Source of the DNA: Hormiphora californensis
Lineage: Eukaryota; Animalia; Ctenophora
DNA: 64,000 nucleotides
Direction: 5' to 3'
Assembly: GCA_020137815.1 (NCBI GenBank)
Contig: CM035356.1
Coordinates: forward strand, 434,001-498,000
Every line of letters starts with the position of its first letter. Position 1 is the stretch's first letter. Shown here piece by piece: positions 1 through 14,559 of this stretch. The translations under genes were made by a program, and so were the position numbers. The notes below the pieces were generated by a model. It had not been told where the DNA came from. It saw only the letters and a program-made list of their open reading frames with translations, and ran no database searches.

Positions 1-163
1 CGAAAGTACAAAAATAAAGGAACACGTGTGCGGGTGTACCATAGGTATATTGTGTTAGGACATGGAGAAAAGAGGTAGAGACACAATAAAGAATGGCTGC
101 ATAATTCTCCACTCCTGGTACACCACGCACGTCCCTAGCGATTTATAAAAGTAAACACATAAT

Positions 164-745
164 GGGGGGGGGGGCCAAGGCCAAAAAAAGCCAGATCAAT
201 CCCGGATTTTAGGGCGGGTCTGGCTTTTTTTGGCTTTTTTTGGCCCTACTTTTTTGGTCATTTTGGCATGTAATTCTGACATTATATGGTCTGTTTGACA
301 TTAAAAACACTTTAAAATGGCTTCTTTGATCTAGTTTTACCATTTTATATCGTTAGGGGAAAAAATTTTATACCGAAAAAAGTTTGATATAAAAAAAGCC
401 AGATCAAAAAAAGCCAAAAAAAGCCAGATCAAAAAAAGCCAAAAAAAGCCAGATCAAAAAAAGCCAGATCAAAAAAAGCCAGATCAAAAAAAGCCAAAAA
501 AAGCCAGATCAAAACTGCTAAATAAAAAAAGCCAGATCAAAAAAAGCCAAAAAAAGCCAAAAAAGGCCAATAAAAGCCAAAAAAGGCCAAAAAAAAGCCA
601 GATCAAAAAAGGCCAGATCAAAAAAAAGCCAAAAAAAGCCAGATCAAAAAAAGCCAAAAAAAGCCAGATCAAAAAAAGCCAAAAAAAGCCAGATCAGACC
701 CGGATTTCAGGGCGGGTTTGGCTTTTTTTGGCCTTGGCCCCCCCC
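164..745. mobile_element. Non-autonomous TIR element (MITE) with poly-G/poly-C ends and internal AAAAAAAGCC(AGATC) tandem array, copy 1
   Basis: Ends GGGGGCCAAGGCCAAAAAAAGCC...GGCTTTTTTTGGCCTTGGCCCCC are inverted repeats; 5-bp duplication ATAAT at 159-163 and 746-750; near-identical copy at 35273-35882. Confidence 0.92.
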
Positions 746-753
746 ATAATAAA

Positions 754-957
754 TTACGTCATTCTGAAATCAACTTCGCTCGGCATAAATGGTACCACAC
801 GCCTCTTAGTGCCCCTCAATGCTACTAAGGTTGATCTCAACAGGCTAAATCTGAGCTTTTGTCTTATAAAAGACATCGTCTCACTGAGTACTTCTTGGTG
901 CTTGGAGCAGATTTTGTGTCCAATGCATTCCAGAACTCGAGAGAGCGAAAGTTTGGC
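754..957 (-). mobile_element. 5'-truncated 3' fragment of a CRE-like non-LTR retrotransposon ORF
   Basis: Minus frame reads ...KICSKHQEVLSETMSFIRQKLRFSLLRSTLVALRGTKRR...SEVDFRMT*, resembling the IRxxLxFxLLRSxxxxLRG C-terminal motif of CRE-clade elements; no start codon or RT region. Confidence 0.6.
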
Positions 958-1455
958 CTATGCTACAGAAGCCGTGGAAAACGCGCGCACTTGGGGTCTG
1001 CAGCGCATGCCAAAGCGAAAGTGAGAAAAAAGTTTTTGTAAATCAAAATATTTCAGATCTTGTCCGCAGCGCGCGCCGCAAAATTTTTGAAATTGTATCC
1101 GCGCGGCGCTAAGAAGCAGCGAACAATCAATATATTCGCCCATGGTGGGAGCTTGTCTCACGGAGCGGCAAGACAGAAACAAAAGTCAATGTTTTTAGTA
1201 AAACGGGGAAAGAAATGCAGAACAAGTGTGCTCTGCACAACACTCATACAGTATACACCGATGTAGACAAATAAACACACTCGCAGCAATAAGGAGTCTC
1301 TTCAACACTTTAAGAAAACAGAGTTTCTGTGATCATTGGCCAGAATATTGCAATTGCGATAAATAGCGATACAGCGTTGTAGAAGTTCAGTGCTTTTTGA
1401 ATAAAAATAATTGATATCGGTAGATTATTACATAAAAATGTGTCTCGTTGATCGT

Positions 1456-4400
1456 TTACCATCTGAATCCTCCACCAGCACCTCCACCTTGTCGGGGGTC
1501 TGCTGCCACACCTCCTCCTCCTCCTGGGGAAAGAAGAAACATTAATAAAGTAAAGAACTCTATCGACATACAGACCAGATCCCATATAAGATCGTGTTGT
1601 TCCAAAATCCAAATGGTTAATCGAGTTATTCCAAATGGAAGCCTGCTTACTCAACAAAACCCTGTAGCAATGGTTTACCTGATAGGAGTGCAGCCCGTCC
1701 GTAAGTCTCAGGCTGTTGTGGTTGTTGCTGGCTCATTACATCGTACCCAGTATAGTCCAGGGGCCTACTCTGCAGTTCAAGCTGGACACGTGAGGCACCT
1801 AAATAATTGGGGTGTTAGGGTTGTGTTTTAGAGGTGTGAGGCAGGTGAGAAACCACCCATAGTAGGGGCCACTCAAAATACCAATAATTACCAACTCACT
1901 GACCCACTGACTAGCACAGATTGGTGAAAACCACCCTTGTTTACCACAGACCCGGCAACAACTGCCCAACAAAACGGACAAACAACAACCCTATATACAG
2001 AAACAAACAATATCTCCCCACCAAGGCTTTCTTTATCCTTGATCATGGCCCGTATCGCATCTGCATGTGTCTCCAACTCCACAATTGCCTGCCCGTATTT
2101 CATCTCCACGTTTTTGGGGGTAACAACGTCCATGAAAAACTTAATGACATCCCCAATAGAGGAGTCTAGTGATACCCCCTTTACAATGACGATGTGTTTC
2201 CCCGCCACTCCACCACTGCCACCGGCCGGTACACCTGCTGCCCGACCCACAGGACCCCCTGTTACACCGCCCACCGCCCCCTGTTCAATAACCCTGTGGA
2301 GAAAGGGAGGGAGGGGTGAGAGGGGTAATAACCTAGAATTAGGGGGTGAGAGGGTGAGGGAGAGGGATAACGTTTGTCTGGGGCCACACAACCCTTGTCA
2401 GGGGCCACACAACCCTTGTCATACCATGTACCGTCATACCATTTCATACCTTGTCCATCATGTCCCTACCATGTCCAATGTCCGTCCATATAAATTATAA
2501 ACCGTCAAATCTTATGTTGTGAATTGTATTTCGTCCCTATTTGTCTCTCTCTCTCTAGCCCTCTCTCTCAACTCTAAGTTGCTCTCTAACCTCTGATTGG
2601 TTATCTCAACTCTGATATTATCCCCTCTGCTCTCTGCTCTGATATGATCGTACCCTGGGGTTTCCTGTGGGTATGTCTGGTAGCCGCCCTGGTCGGCATA
2701 TCCCTGATTGTAACTGTTGTAGGGACCACCACCTCCAGCACCATAACCACCCCGATCCATCTGCTTCATTCGGCCACCTGCGGAGGGAGAGGGGCTGATA
2801 GCTGGGAAGGGTTTGATATAGGAGAGGGGGTGATAGATAAACAGGGACAGCTGGGGAGGGGAGCGAGAGAGAGAAGTGGTGGCTGATATCAAGAACCCTC
2901 TAATTACCTCTCCCATATCCTCCCATGTCCTGTCCAGGTTTAGCGTATGGGTTGTGTCGTCCTCCAGTGGACCCCATCCTGCCTCCCATACCACCCCTGT
3001 GGTCCTGGTATCCCCCACCACCATGGTGCTGATCGTTGTAGTACTGGTCGTTCCTGTTCCTCATCCCACCACCCCACTGTCGGGAGGATGACTGGAAGAT
3101 CTCGATATACCTGGGGAGAGGAGAGGATGATAAATGGATGATAAACGAAATACAAAACGTTAATATCCTAATTCAATTTAATCACCAACCTTGACCCGAT
3201 TTTCTCTCCAAATTTGGCCATTGCTCGCTCCGATTCTTTGGTGTCGCTAAACTCCACAAAACATTTACCCATTGGCCGTCCATTCTCATACACCATCTAG
3301 AAGAAAATATAGATAGAAGGAGGTAGAGAGCTGTGTGAGAAAGATAGAGGTAATGAGAAAGAATAGAGCTGGTAACACACCTCCAGACTGACGACTGAGA
3401 TGCCTGCAAAGAAATCGTAGACATCTTGTTCCGTTGAAGAGAAGGGAAGTCCACGTAACATCAAAATAGGCTCTTTACCTGATAATGACATGATAGAATG
3501 ATTTATTGTATTAACAAGACAGAATTATTAATTGTATTTTGTTTGATCATCATCCCTCAATTATCCCCCTCACTTACCATAGCTGCCATAGTGGCTCTTA
3601 ACATTATTGAGCTTGTTCAGTTCATCTCTATTGCTCCTACTCAGTTCCAGATACCTCTTCCCCATGTACTCCTTGTCGTGTTTCATGGCGGCATCAAGGG
3701 CTTCTTGGCTACCGAACTCAACTATAGCTATACCAGTGGGCTGCCCTGGGAAGGAGGGGGAGGGGGTTAGATCTTGGCAGAATGGTAGATGCAAAGAGGG
3801 AGATAGAGGGAGAGGGATAGAAATTAGAACTAAAAGTATTTCTTACCCTCAGAGTTTTTCATGATGTGCACGGACTCGGAGGGATCACTGAGGGTGGAAC
3901 AGTCATGGAAGAAGGCAGCAATGTCAGCAGCGGATGCAGACCAGGGTAGTCCCCGGACCTTTACAATATACTCTCCACTGTTGTCTTCCTCATCTGAACA
4001 AGGGGGTTGGGTGAGGTATGTTGGGGATGTTGTGAAAATAGGGGAACTTGAAAAAGAGGGATGAGTATGATGTTTGGGGTTGTAGAAACAGTTGTGTGTA
4101 CCTTGGCCAGCCCTGTTCATGTCCCGTTCCATGTTGTCCATGCTGCTACTAACAACACTAATCCACCTGTTGCCAATGTAATCCCTGTCCTTCTCTAGGG
4201 CTGAGGTGAGGTCCTGGGCTGACATCATCTCTACATAGCACTCACCACTTGGACGGTCTGGAGGTGAGAAAGGGTTGTGTTAGAAAGAGGGGGGTGATAG
4301 TGATATGTTAGATGGGGTGTTAGAAAGGGGGTGTTAGAGAAGATTGTGTTAGAGAGAGGGGTGTTACAGATGGTTGCGAGATATTCATCACTGAGTTATT

Positions 4401-4552
4401 ACCCACAACTCACTGTATTTATCCTTGGTGAAGTGGATACCATTGTGCCTCCCTCCCTTGATATCAAGCCCAGCCAGGAACCTGGAAACGTCATCAGGGG
4501 TTGCAGAGAAGGGTAGACCCGCTAGTTTGATGATGAAGGACTCTTCAGACAT
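1456..4552 (-). CDS. hnRNP F/H (GRSF1/glorund)-like RNA-binding protein, about 11 coding exons, four quasi-RRMs and Gly/Tyr-rich linkers
   Basis: GT-AG exons encode IIKLAGLPFSAT, YIVKVRGLPWSAS, LMLRGLPFSSTEQDVYDFF, KDRDYIGNRWI, KHDKEYMGKRYLEL, RYIEIF and a fourth degenerate RRM (IVIVKGV...KDKESLG/ASRVQLEL); ATG 4552, last exon GGGAGGGFRW* ending 1456. Confidence 0.9.
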
Positions 4553-4866
4553 GGCTGCTACTATATAGGGGATATATTGAGAGTTTATTTGGAGTTGGAT
4601 ATAGAAAGAAGGTATTGATGAATGGAATAAAAACGCTGTGGATAACAATTCGATCAATCAAGAGTGAGATTATATTAAAAAAGCATGGTCTTGTGGTCAA
4701 GCCACATTAAAAATCAAAACAAGCCAAAATCCACAATCAAACAAACAAAAACAGGTGAGACAGTTCAAATTTTACAAAATAGAACGTGCGTGAACCTTAA
4801 ATACAATGTGTATAGTTTTCTATTATATAATCTAGAATTCAAGTCAATAGTCAAAACCAAAACGCT

Positions 4867-6736
4867 CTAATTAGAGTCAAAACCAAAGTCAAAAGTGAGA
4901 GATTTGCTCATGCTACGTAACATGCTCCTACCCCGTTCTCTAATATTCTCCAATTTCTCGCTAAATGAACTCTCCTCATCCTCATCCTCCCCATCAGTAG
5001 CGACAGGTGGTGACATCTGCCGCAGCATCTCAACCTGCTCCTTATCCAGGTCCGCCATCTGGCACATTTTCTCCCTGAACTCAGCGATACTATCACTGGG
5101 CAGTTCAAATGCTATCATATTAGAGATGAAGGAGCTGAGTTGCCCAAAGAAGGTGTTACGTTGTACCTCCGCAGCCTCCTCTCTCTGGGCCCAGGATTGT
5201 TTGCTGTAACAGGAGTTGTTGGAACATCGCAGCTTCCTCTCCGTGTGGACTGAGTGGAGGAATGCTGCTTTCCAGAACCTCATACTCTGCCATATCGGAT
5301 GAGAACTGAGCTCTTGGTAGAGAAACCTGCCCTCGCACTGGAAAGTAAAGGCAAGGATCATCAGCACTTTAGCATTCTCAATATCATCATCTTGATATGC
5401 CAGGTGGAGAAGGGTGGCACAGTTAGCTGCTAGCCTCATGAACACCATCTCCCCCAACTCCATCTGAGACACCCTCATTGTGGTAACATTCCGAGAGAAC
5501 TCCTTTCTGCCACACTCCTGCAGGCACATCTTGTTAAATCGTTCCCTGAGAGAGGAGAACGGGGAAATGTCCATGGTTGGATCAAATATCGTGTCAACAT
5601 ACTCCTTCATAAACCGCACACACTCCCCCGTGTCCTCGCAGCTGCACGTCTTCTCTGGGGTGCCCTCCCTTCCTCCTCCAATTGTTTCCATGGTAACAGG
5701 AGGTCCAGCAGGAGGGTTATCAGCCCGGGGCAGGTCCAGGGATGTAGTGACCACCCAACTGTGGGTAGATCCCAGACTGGCAGGGCTGTATTTTAGTTGA
5801 TCTAGAGAAATAGGTGCTGCAGGATGGACCTCCTCTAAACTAGTATGTTCCTGTTCCAAAATATCATCCTTCTCAGTCCTAATGATGACCCCTTTGTTGC
5901 TATCCCCTACATCATCTTGTGAACATTCCTGGGGAGGTCCGAGGGGGTCTACCAGGAGGTCTATACTGGGAGGAGCCACCTGTGACATGACATGCTAGGA
6001 ACACAGGGGGGGGGGGTTACACAACATGCACAACTTGGCACACACACGTCAACATAGTATTGAAATGAAATGTGATACAAACAACAACTTTATCAGCAGT
6101 CCTGCTACTAAATGATGCAACACATCACGAGAAAGAGAGAGAGACCCTTCTCCGCTTACAACTAAGGGGCCAAATTGTATTCTCGAGATCCAGATAAAAA
6201 CTATGAAACATCACGTCTCACTATGGGATGGGGTATCTAAGATTCTCCCTCCTGGGCCTCCTCTGAAACATCAGGATCTAAGCTCATTGCCACCTGGCTA
6301 TCACAAGTCTGATCAGGATCCAGACTCATGGGAAGTTGGGAATCAGGAGCTGGTATTTCCAAACTCATATCTGCAATATTCTGGGATTCAGATTGCCCAC
6401 TACTGCTGCTGAATTCCTTCTCCTGCTGAGATGTTTCTTCTTTCTCTTCCCTCCTCTCGTTCACAGTGGAATTGTCTGTTGTCACATTCGAATTGTCACC
6501 ATCCGCATCGTGAGTTGTGAGTGGAGTAGTATCATTAGAATCTTCAGTCGCCCTTGAGGGGACAGTTTCGTCAGACGCGGGATCAGTTGTAGGGACAGCA
6601 TTGTCGGTTGTAGCATTATCAGTTTCTGGAACATCATCCCCCACATCATCCACTGTCCTTGACACCTCGCAGTGATGGAGTGGCTATCATAATCCAGGCC
6701 CCCTTAGGGGACTTCAGGGGGAAGGAGGGACAACAT
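4867..6736 (-). CDS. KIAA0513: KIAA0513-like protein (SBF1/SBF2 domain), acidic low-complexity first exon and large second exon
   Basis: ORF 4867-5988 has FMKEYVDTIF, GRKEFSR, AKVLMILAFTF, HPIWQSMRFWKAAF, ERKLR, QRNTFFGQLSSFISNMIAF typical of KIAA0513; upstream acidic ORF 6237-6665; exact start uncertain because of probable indels. Confidence 0.75.
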
Positions 6737-7269
6737 GCGTGTACAATCAATTCTTGCCTGAAACACGAATATCACTGCTCATCTGTGGATAGACTGTGGG
6801 CTTACCGCTTTTAGAGTGGCTTCAGGGGAATAGAGGATACATGTGTTAAAATCAATGCCCCTTGTAAACACATATCGGCATGCTCGAACTGGATGATTGT
6901 GGGAGACCGGTGAAAAAGGAGGGAAGGATTGGGCCAAATGTGGGATCTTTCCCTTGCTAGTGGTGTCAGGGCGCCCTCTCCACACGAGGCCAAAGTATGG
7001 TGGAGAAGAGGTGAAGACCCGCACAACATGTAGTGCCATTAGTCCAACAAGGTGCCAGAGGAGTTTCCTGCAGTGATCCTCAAGATGCACGAGGACAGAA
7101 AAGGTCTAGAGAGGTGAGGCACTCGCACCACTTGAACAGTACATAGAACGGTGACAATAGAGGGGACAAGGAGGAGTTTACGTCGGGGGATCCTGAAGCG
7201 ATGACGGCCGCAACAAGCTATCCGAAGCTGAGATTAGAAACTAACCTGGAATAGAGGATTGGTGAATGT

Positions 7270-7545
7270 GAGAGGGACTTAAATCGATGAAGGCCGAACA
7301 ATGATAGAGATAGAGAAGTATGATAGATGGATGAGGAAGTGAATGCGATAGAGAGATAAGACGAGGAGAGAGAGAGACGAGAGAGAAGGAGAGAGGAGAG
7401 AGAGAGAGAGGAGAAGAGAGAGAGAGAGAGAGATGAGAGAGAGAGATCGATAGTCGTCTGACCGAGAGAGCGTCGTCATCGTCCATGAGCTCGCACGCGG
7501 CAGAGAGAGAACGTAGCTCACTCCGTAAGAGAGAGAGAGATAGTA
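7270..7545. promoter_or_regulatory. GA-rich, CpG-containing promoter-like tract upstream of the KIAA0513-like gene
   Basis: GAGA repeats with CpG-rich patches; similar tracts at about 26340-26500, 49150-49390 and 53140-53400 lie upstream of other genes; function inferred. Confidence 0.3.
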
Positions 7546-7763
7546 GCATGGAACAATCAATAACATATGATACACACACACACACATGTGATACATGTTT
7601 ATTGCTTGAGTACTACAATGATACAGGGTGACCCCTCTAGTTTTGTTGTATCGCGCCGTATACACCCACATGAGAATTACAAAGGAAGGACCCAAAAGTT
7701 ATTATCTTATCTGCTGCACATAGACAAGTATATACATCCATCTCTCTACAACTAAGAATATAC

Positions 7764-8679
7764 CTGTTGAGATGCAAGGAAATGCAATACTAACGCAGAC
7801 CGTTCTCTAGTAGCAGCTCAAAGCAGCGTGTATAGGAAGACATTAGGACATCTTTTTGCAGGCCCCGTGGTCCGACTGTGTGTATTATGTGCTTTGCAGG
7901 GAGATTGTGTCCTGGAGGGGCGAGAGAGGGTTAGAAATATCAAATAAATGATGACGAGATATTTCAAGAAGTGTGCAGCAGTGTGTTACTACCTTTTGTT
8001 ATCTTGGCATCCCCAGTAGAACACCCATCCAACTGTCTGCATTCATCCCTCAGTGTGGGCCCTGCTGCTGAATGGATGGCCCCATCAACACCCCCTCCCC
8101 CCATCAGGGAGTTGTTTGCTGCATTAACTATTGCATCGACCTGCAGATATATGTTAGGGTGTGGGGCGCAGAGAGGAAGTAATTTAGATATGTGACGCAG
8201 TCTTGCTATTATGTGTGTGTGTGTATATAAACAATAAAATTGGCCCACTCTTTTTGAGTGTAAGGTGTATTGTATGTCCTATTAGCTGTAGACCCACCAA
8301 TTATCAGGCCTATTAGCCCTAATCACACACACCTACCTGTAGTGTGGTAATATCACCCAGGAATACAAAGACTTTATGATTGAGTGATTTATCAAAGTCT
8401 CTTCTGGCTTTAGTGTTCCTATTCCCTCCTGAGTAGATAATTACATATTAGGAACTGTCTTACACTTACTACCTGCATTCCTTGACTCACAAGACGTGTA
8501 TCCTATTATAAATACAAACCCAGCACCCTACTCCCACACACAGATATGATACACGTGGTACAGCTAACGACAACAAACCCAACAACGTACATCGTACTTT
8601 GTGAGCCGTACAGCGGCCAGGGTGGGACCTCTGCTAGGGGGACTGGAGGCTTAGGTTTCCTCCTGAATAGGTTGTTCAT
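7764..8679 (-). CDS. MacroD1/2-type macrodomain (ADP-ribose hydrolase), 5' exons only; 3' exons not found in window
   Basis: Exons encode [13 protein letters not shown] / [28 protein letters not shown] / [14 protein letters not shown]...[12 protein letters not shown] followed by a GT donor at 7763; one extra base near 7791. Confidence 0.88.
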
Positions 8680-8870
8680 AATCTTGCTATTTAGGGAGGA
8701 AGGAAGGATATTGGAGCGGATATTGGAGGGGTAGGGGGTTAGAAAGAAGGGAGGGGAGTAAAACACATGTGTAATTTTCTGTAAAAACATTTCAATGAAA
8801 CACGCATATTTACAGTCTCTCTCTCACTCAACTCCATCATTGCATGTCTCTCTGAAAGTCCTCTCTCACT

Positions 8871-9006
<136 letters not shown>

Positions 9007-9163
9007 CATCCTCAATCATTAAAATATAACTTTATCTTGTACTGGTGTTGGTAAAAAGAAAAGATCAAGACACGTCTTGCACGTTTTTTGGATAACAATA
9101 AATTAAAGAATCAAGACACACCTCTCCTCCACACCAGGCTATCTAAAACAGAGTGTCTCCCTC

Positions 9164-11946
9164 TCAACCACTGTCCCCTCCAGTACAGGTCAGCTGGTGA
9201 CACTGGTACTCAATAGCAGACTGAAAGTAACAGTGACATTTATCACAACACATTTCCAGCATCTGGGGGTGTTTGTAACTAATGTGACTATCCAACTTGC
9301 CCTGCTCCCTGAATTTCTTGTTACAGAAGGGGCAGTGAATGTTACTGGATGCTGTAGCTGACTTCTTGGCTGTGCTTGGATGTCGGCCCATATCACTGAA
9401 GATATCCTCATGAGTCGAGTCAACTGTGGGAAACTTAGTTGTGGTACTCTTGGTTGGTGTTCGCTTGGAGAATGTCTTCAGAGAAACAACAGGTTTCAAG
9501 CTGCTCTTCTTGGTTTTCTCTGAGTTGATAGGAATTGAGGATACCCTGGAATGCTGCAAAGGGAGGGTCATCAAATCCTTCCTCAATGATAGAAGCAGGA
9601 GGTGAAGGAGGTCTCTTCTTCTGGGGTGATTCCTCTCTCTTCTCCTGGATTGGTGGGGGTGGGGTTGGTTCCTTGTTATTATCATTAGCTGTCTGGAATA
9701 GTTCACTCAGTACTGTGTCGACATTGTCCATCTCATTGACATGCTCAGTAATCACGGCCAACAAATCATCGTCACCCCCTGTCTTCTCCTGACTAGTATC
9801 TAGGAAGGCACTTTCCAACAACTGGTCATCGCCCCCCACTGTCTGGTTCACTATGGTATCCAGGAGACCGGAGATACTGAGTCCATTATCATCTGGTGTG
9901 GCCTTCTCCCCTCCTCCGCCCCCATCTCCACCGAATATTAGGGAACCAAGGTCGACACCAGTGAACCCAACATCCTTCCCCTCCAGGGCATTAGTTAGGT
10001 GACTCTCAAGCTCATCTAGGTCTTCCTCTTCTTCAGTCTCCCCCTGTTGAAGTTTTAGGAGGAGGTCGGGGTCGAGACAAGTGGCTTTTATCCGAGGTCA
10101 GGTTTCCAGGGTAACTTACAATCTCTTGGAATTTCCCATCCGATGATATTTGAGACGTTGGGGTAGGATAGATATCAGTAGGGTCTGATAACATTGAGTG
10201 TTTCTCTGGACGATCATCACTGTCATCTTTGTGGATTATAAGGGTTGGTAGGGAGAAATCGGCCATTTTGAATTCCTCTGGAGGCTCCTTAAGATCCTGA
10301 CTGAGAGGTGCTAGTGGGGCAGGGGAGGGCGATCGTTTCAGGGGAGACTCAGGTTTAGGAGAAATAACCGGTTCGTCTTTCACCTCTTCTTTCTTCACAG
10401 ATTCCTCTACCTTACCAATGGAGACCTCGAGGTCAAACGAAGCATCGGGATCTTTGGAGCAAGCAGGTTTCAAATCACTAGGACTGGGAGGAGCAGATTT
10501 TAGCGGCTCAGCTTTGATACTGTCGTTGTACCTTTTGAGCAAGTCCTCAAAATCAACATCACTACTGTCACTATCACTCAAATTACCCTCCGCGGTTACA
10601 GTTTTGGGGGCTGGTAATGCCACAGGAGTTGGTTTAGATGGTTCTGTGACAGGTTTAGATGGTTTTGCCTTTGGTTCCTTCTTCTTCGCCACAACCTTCT
10701 TCCTCCTCCCACCTCCGTTCACCTTTTTAGGATGTTTCGGTTCCAAATCGTCCTCCTCTGAGCTAGTCACACAGTCCATGTTAATCTTAATCCCACCTCC
10801 GGTCCTCTTAGCAACTGGAACTACGGGTGTTTTAGAAGTTACCCTCTTATCTTCTTCGCTGGAGGGGCAGTTATCCGCAATATCGGCTAGGGAGACCCCT
10901 GATTTCCCTTTCCGTTTCATCTTCTTAGCGACTGGAATTACTGGTTTCTTCTTTTCTTCCCCCTCACTTGACGTACAATTATCAGCGATATCAGCTAATG
11001 AAAACCGTGATTTGCTCCTCTTTTTCATCTCATTAAAGTCTGCTATGAGTTCAGGGCATTGCAGCTCTGTCTCAAACATCCATACTTGCTTCCTGCACCC
11101 ATTTAGTTTCACCAGATACTCCACCCTGCTGTCTGTCACCACTCTCCGATCTAGGATCTTGGATACCGTCATCTTGGGAATCTTAACCCGCTGATTGAAA
11201 TCGTGGAGTATCTTAGGACAGTTCAGGTTCTCAACAGGTTCCCATGTGTTGTAATGTGCATCATATCCCAGCCACTTAATGTGGTATAGAATTCTCCCAT
11301 TAGCATCTAAACACTTGTCCAGGATCGCCTCCACGGTATATTCCTCCTCTTCTGGGGGTTGTACCTCCTCCGTTGGAGGCTGTTTCTGCTTCTTAGTCTT
11401 CTTCTTGGATGCTCCAACTTCCTGTCCGATTGTGTTGGATCTCCTCCGTTTGTTGTTTCTAGCTGGAGGTTTGGATTCAATGACAGCAGGTGGTTTGGGT
11501 TCACTAACTTTAGAGTGTCCGTTTACTACAGCCACAGGTACATCTTCCTCTTCTGTGTCACTAGATAACGAGCTGTTGTCACCTCCCTCATCAGATAAAC
11601 TGTGATCACCGGCCCCCTCATCAGATATAATGTAGGCAGGGCTAACTGCGGGGGCAATCTTCTTCAGAACAATCTTGGTGGAGCTCCCGGAGGACTTGAG
11701 AGACCACTGGGGAGCAAGAACGGGAGCTGATTTCTGTTTCTCGTAGTCCCCAACAGCACGGCTGGATTTCACAAGTCTCTCTGGCTCCCAGGTGGCTTTG
11801 TCCGCCCCACTCCACCTGACACAATACCATTTATTACCCAACTCATCCAGGTAGTCCTCAAGGACGGCATCGATAGGTTTCTGATGGGTTGCTGATGGCG
11901 TGTGATCGTGTTCCTTCCCTGCACCCTTGTGGTGTCTTTTCCCCAT
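9164..11946 (-). CDS. Intronless protein with three chromodomains and two C-terminal C2H2-type zinc fingers (frame broken by probable assembly indels)
   Basis: ORF 10033-11946 has YCVRWSG...TWEPE, EYTVEAILD...YHIKWLGY...NTWEPVENLNCP and VSKILDRR...EYLVK...CPELIADF; acidic frames continue to CPFCNKKF...LDSHISYKH and CDKCHCYF...HQLTC (ORF 9164-9706); shifts near 10040, 9920 and 9440-9530. Confidence 0.8.
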
Positions 11947-12584
11947 ACATCAACTGAGAGGGAGAGGGAGATGGGGTAGAGATATGGGGGGGGGGGGTAG
12001 AGGGGCAAGTAGAGAAGGGAAGGGGAGGGGTAGATGGGTCTCATTATTCAGTTATTGAGTCTAAAGAAAGAGATGTTGTGAGTGTAACTCATGTTAAAAA
12101 GGGGGTCATGACCTCATTGAAATTCAGAAGACGGTGTTACAGCAGTCTCATGATAGAAGGGGGATAGGGAATGGAATACTTCAGTAAGACAGATAAAACA
12201 TATACTTTCAATAATGAAAATAGTACATTTGAACAGAGCATTTGTCAAGGTCGAATGAATTCAACTCTCTTTAACAATTAAAACAGATAGAACTGCAGTG
12301 TACTGTAGCAGCGGCTGATGTCGAATTAGCAACTCTCACACTTTATCCTCAATCCATCTTTATTTTTTGTAACTGACTCATTTAACAATCCTAGTTCCTA
12401 CTCTCTCTCTCTCTCTCTCTCTTAACTCACATACGCTCAATGACAATCTCACATATATAGACAAATACACACGCAGGAAATATATAGCACACACACACGT
12501 ATATTGTATGATTGAATATGCCGGCTGAGTAGCAGTGCAACACCTCTGAGCAAGATGATATAGAGAGAGAAACATCTCTCTCTC

Positions 12585-14261
<1,677 letters not shown>

Positions 14262-14559
14262 TCAAATAATGGAGTGATAAATTGTGTGACAGTTAAGCTG
14301 CACAAGGTACAACAAATAATGGGTTAGTGTGTGGCATGTTTGCACTCAAACCTGAGTGCAAAGCATGTCCCGAGGGCCGGGTTGAGTCTCACAATCTGCT
14401 GGGGGAGTCATCACCGGCAAAAGTTGTTGAGACTTTCGCTGGCGGCGAACCTCCAACCAATCTTGTGAAACCCTGAAAAAGAGGGATACACTTGATGGGT
14501 TTCAGTTAGTAAGTTAATATTGTCTAATATATGCCGGTTAGATTAATGAAGCGATGAGA

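Noticed and set aside
484-672. Phe/Leu/Trp-rich ORFs here and at 35564-35761
   Set aside because: Translations of the MITE tandem array
10418-11194. 258-aa plus-strand ORF and other antisense ORFs over real genes
   Set aside because: Shadow frames of the minus-strand coding sequence with no domain features
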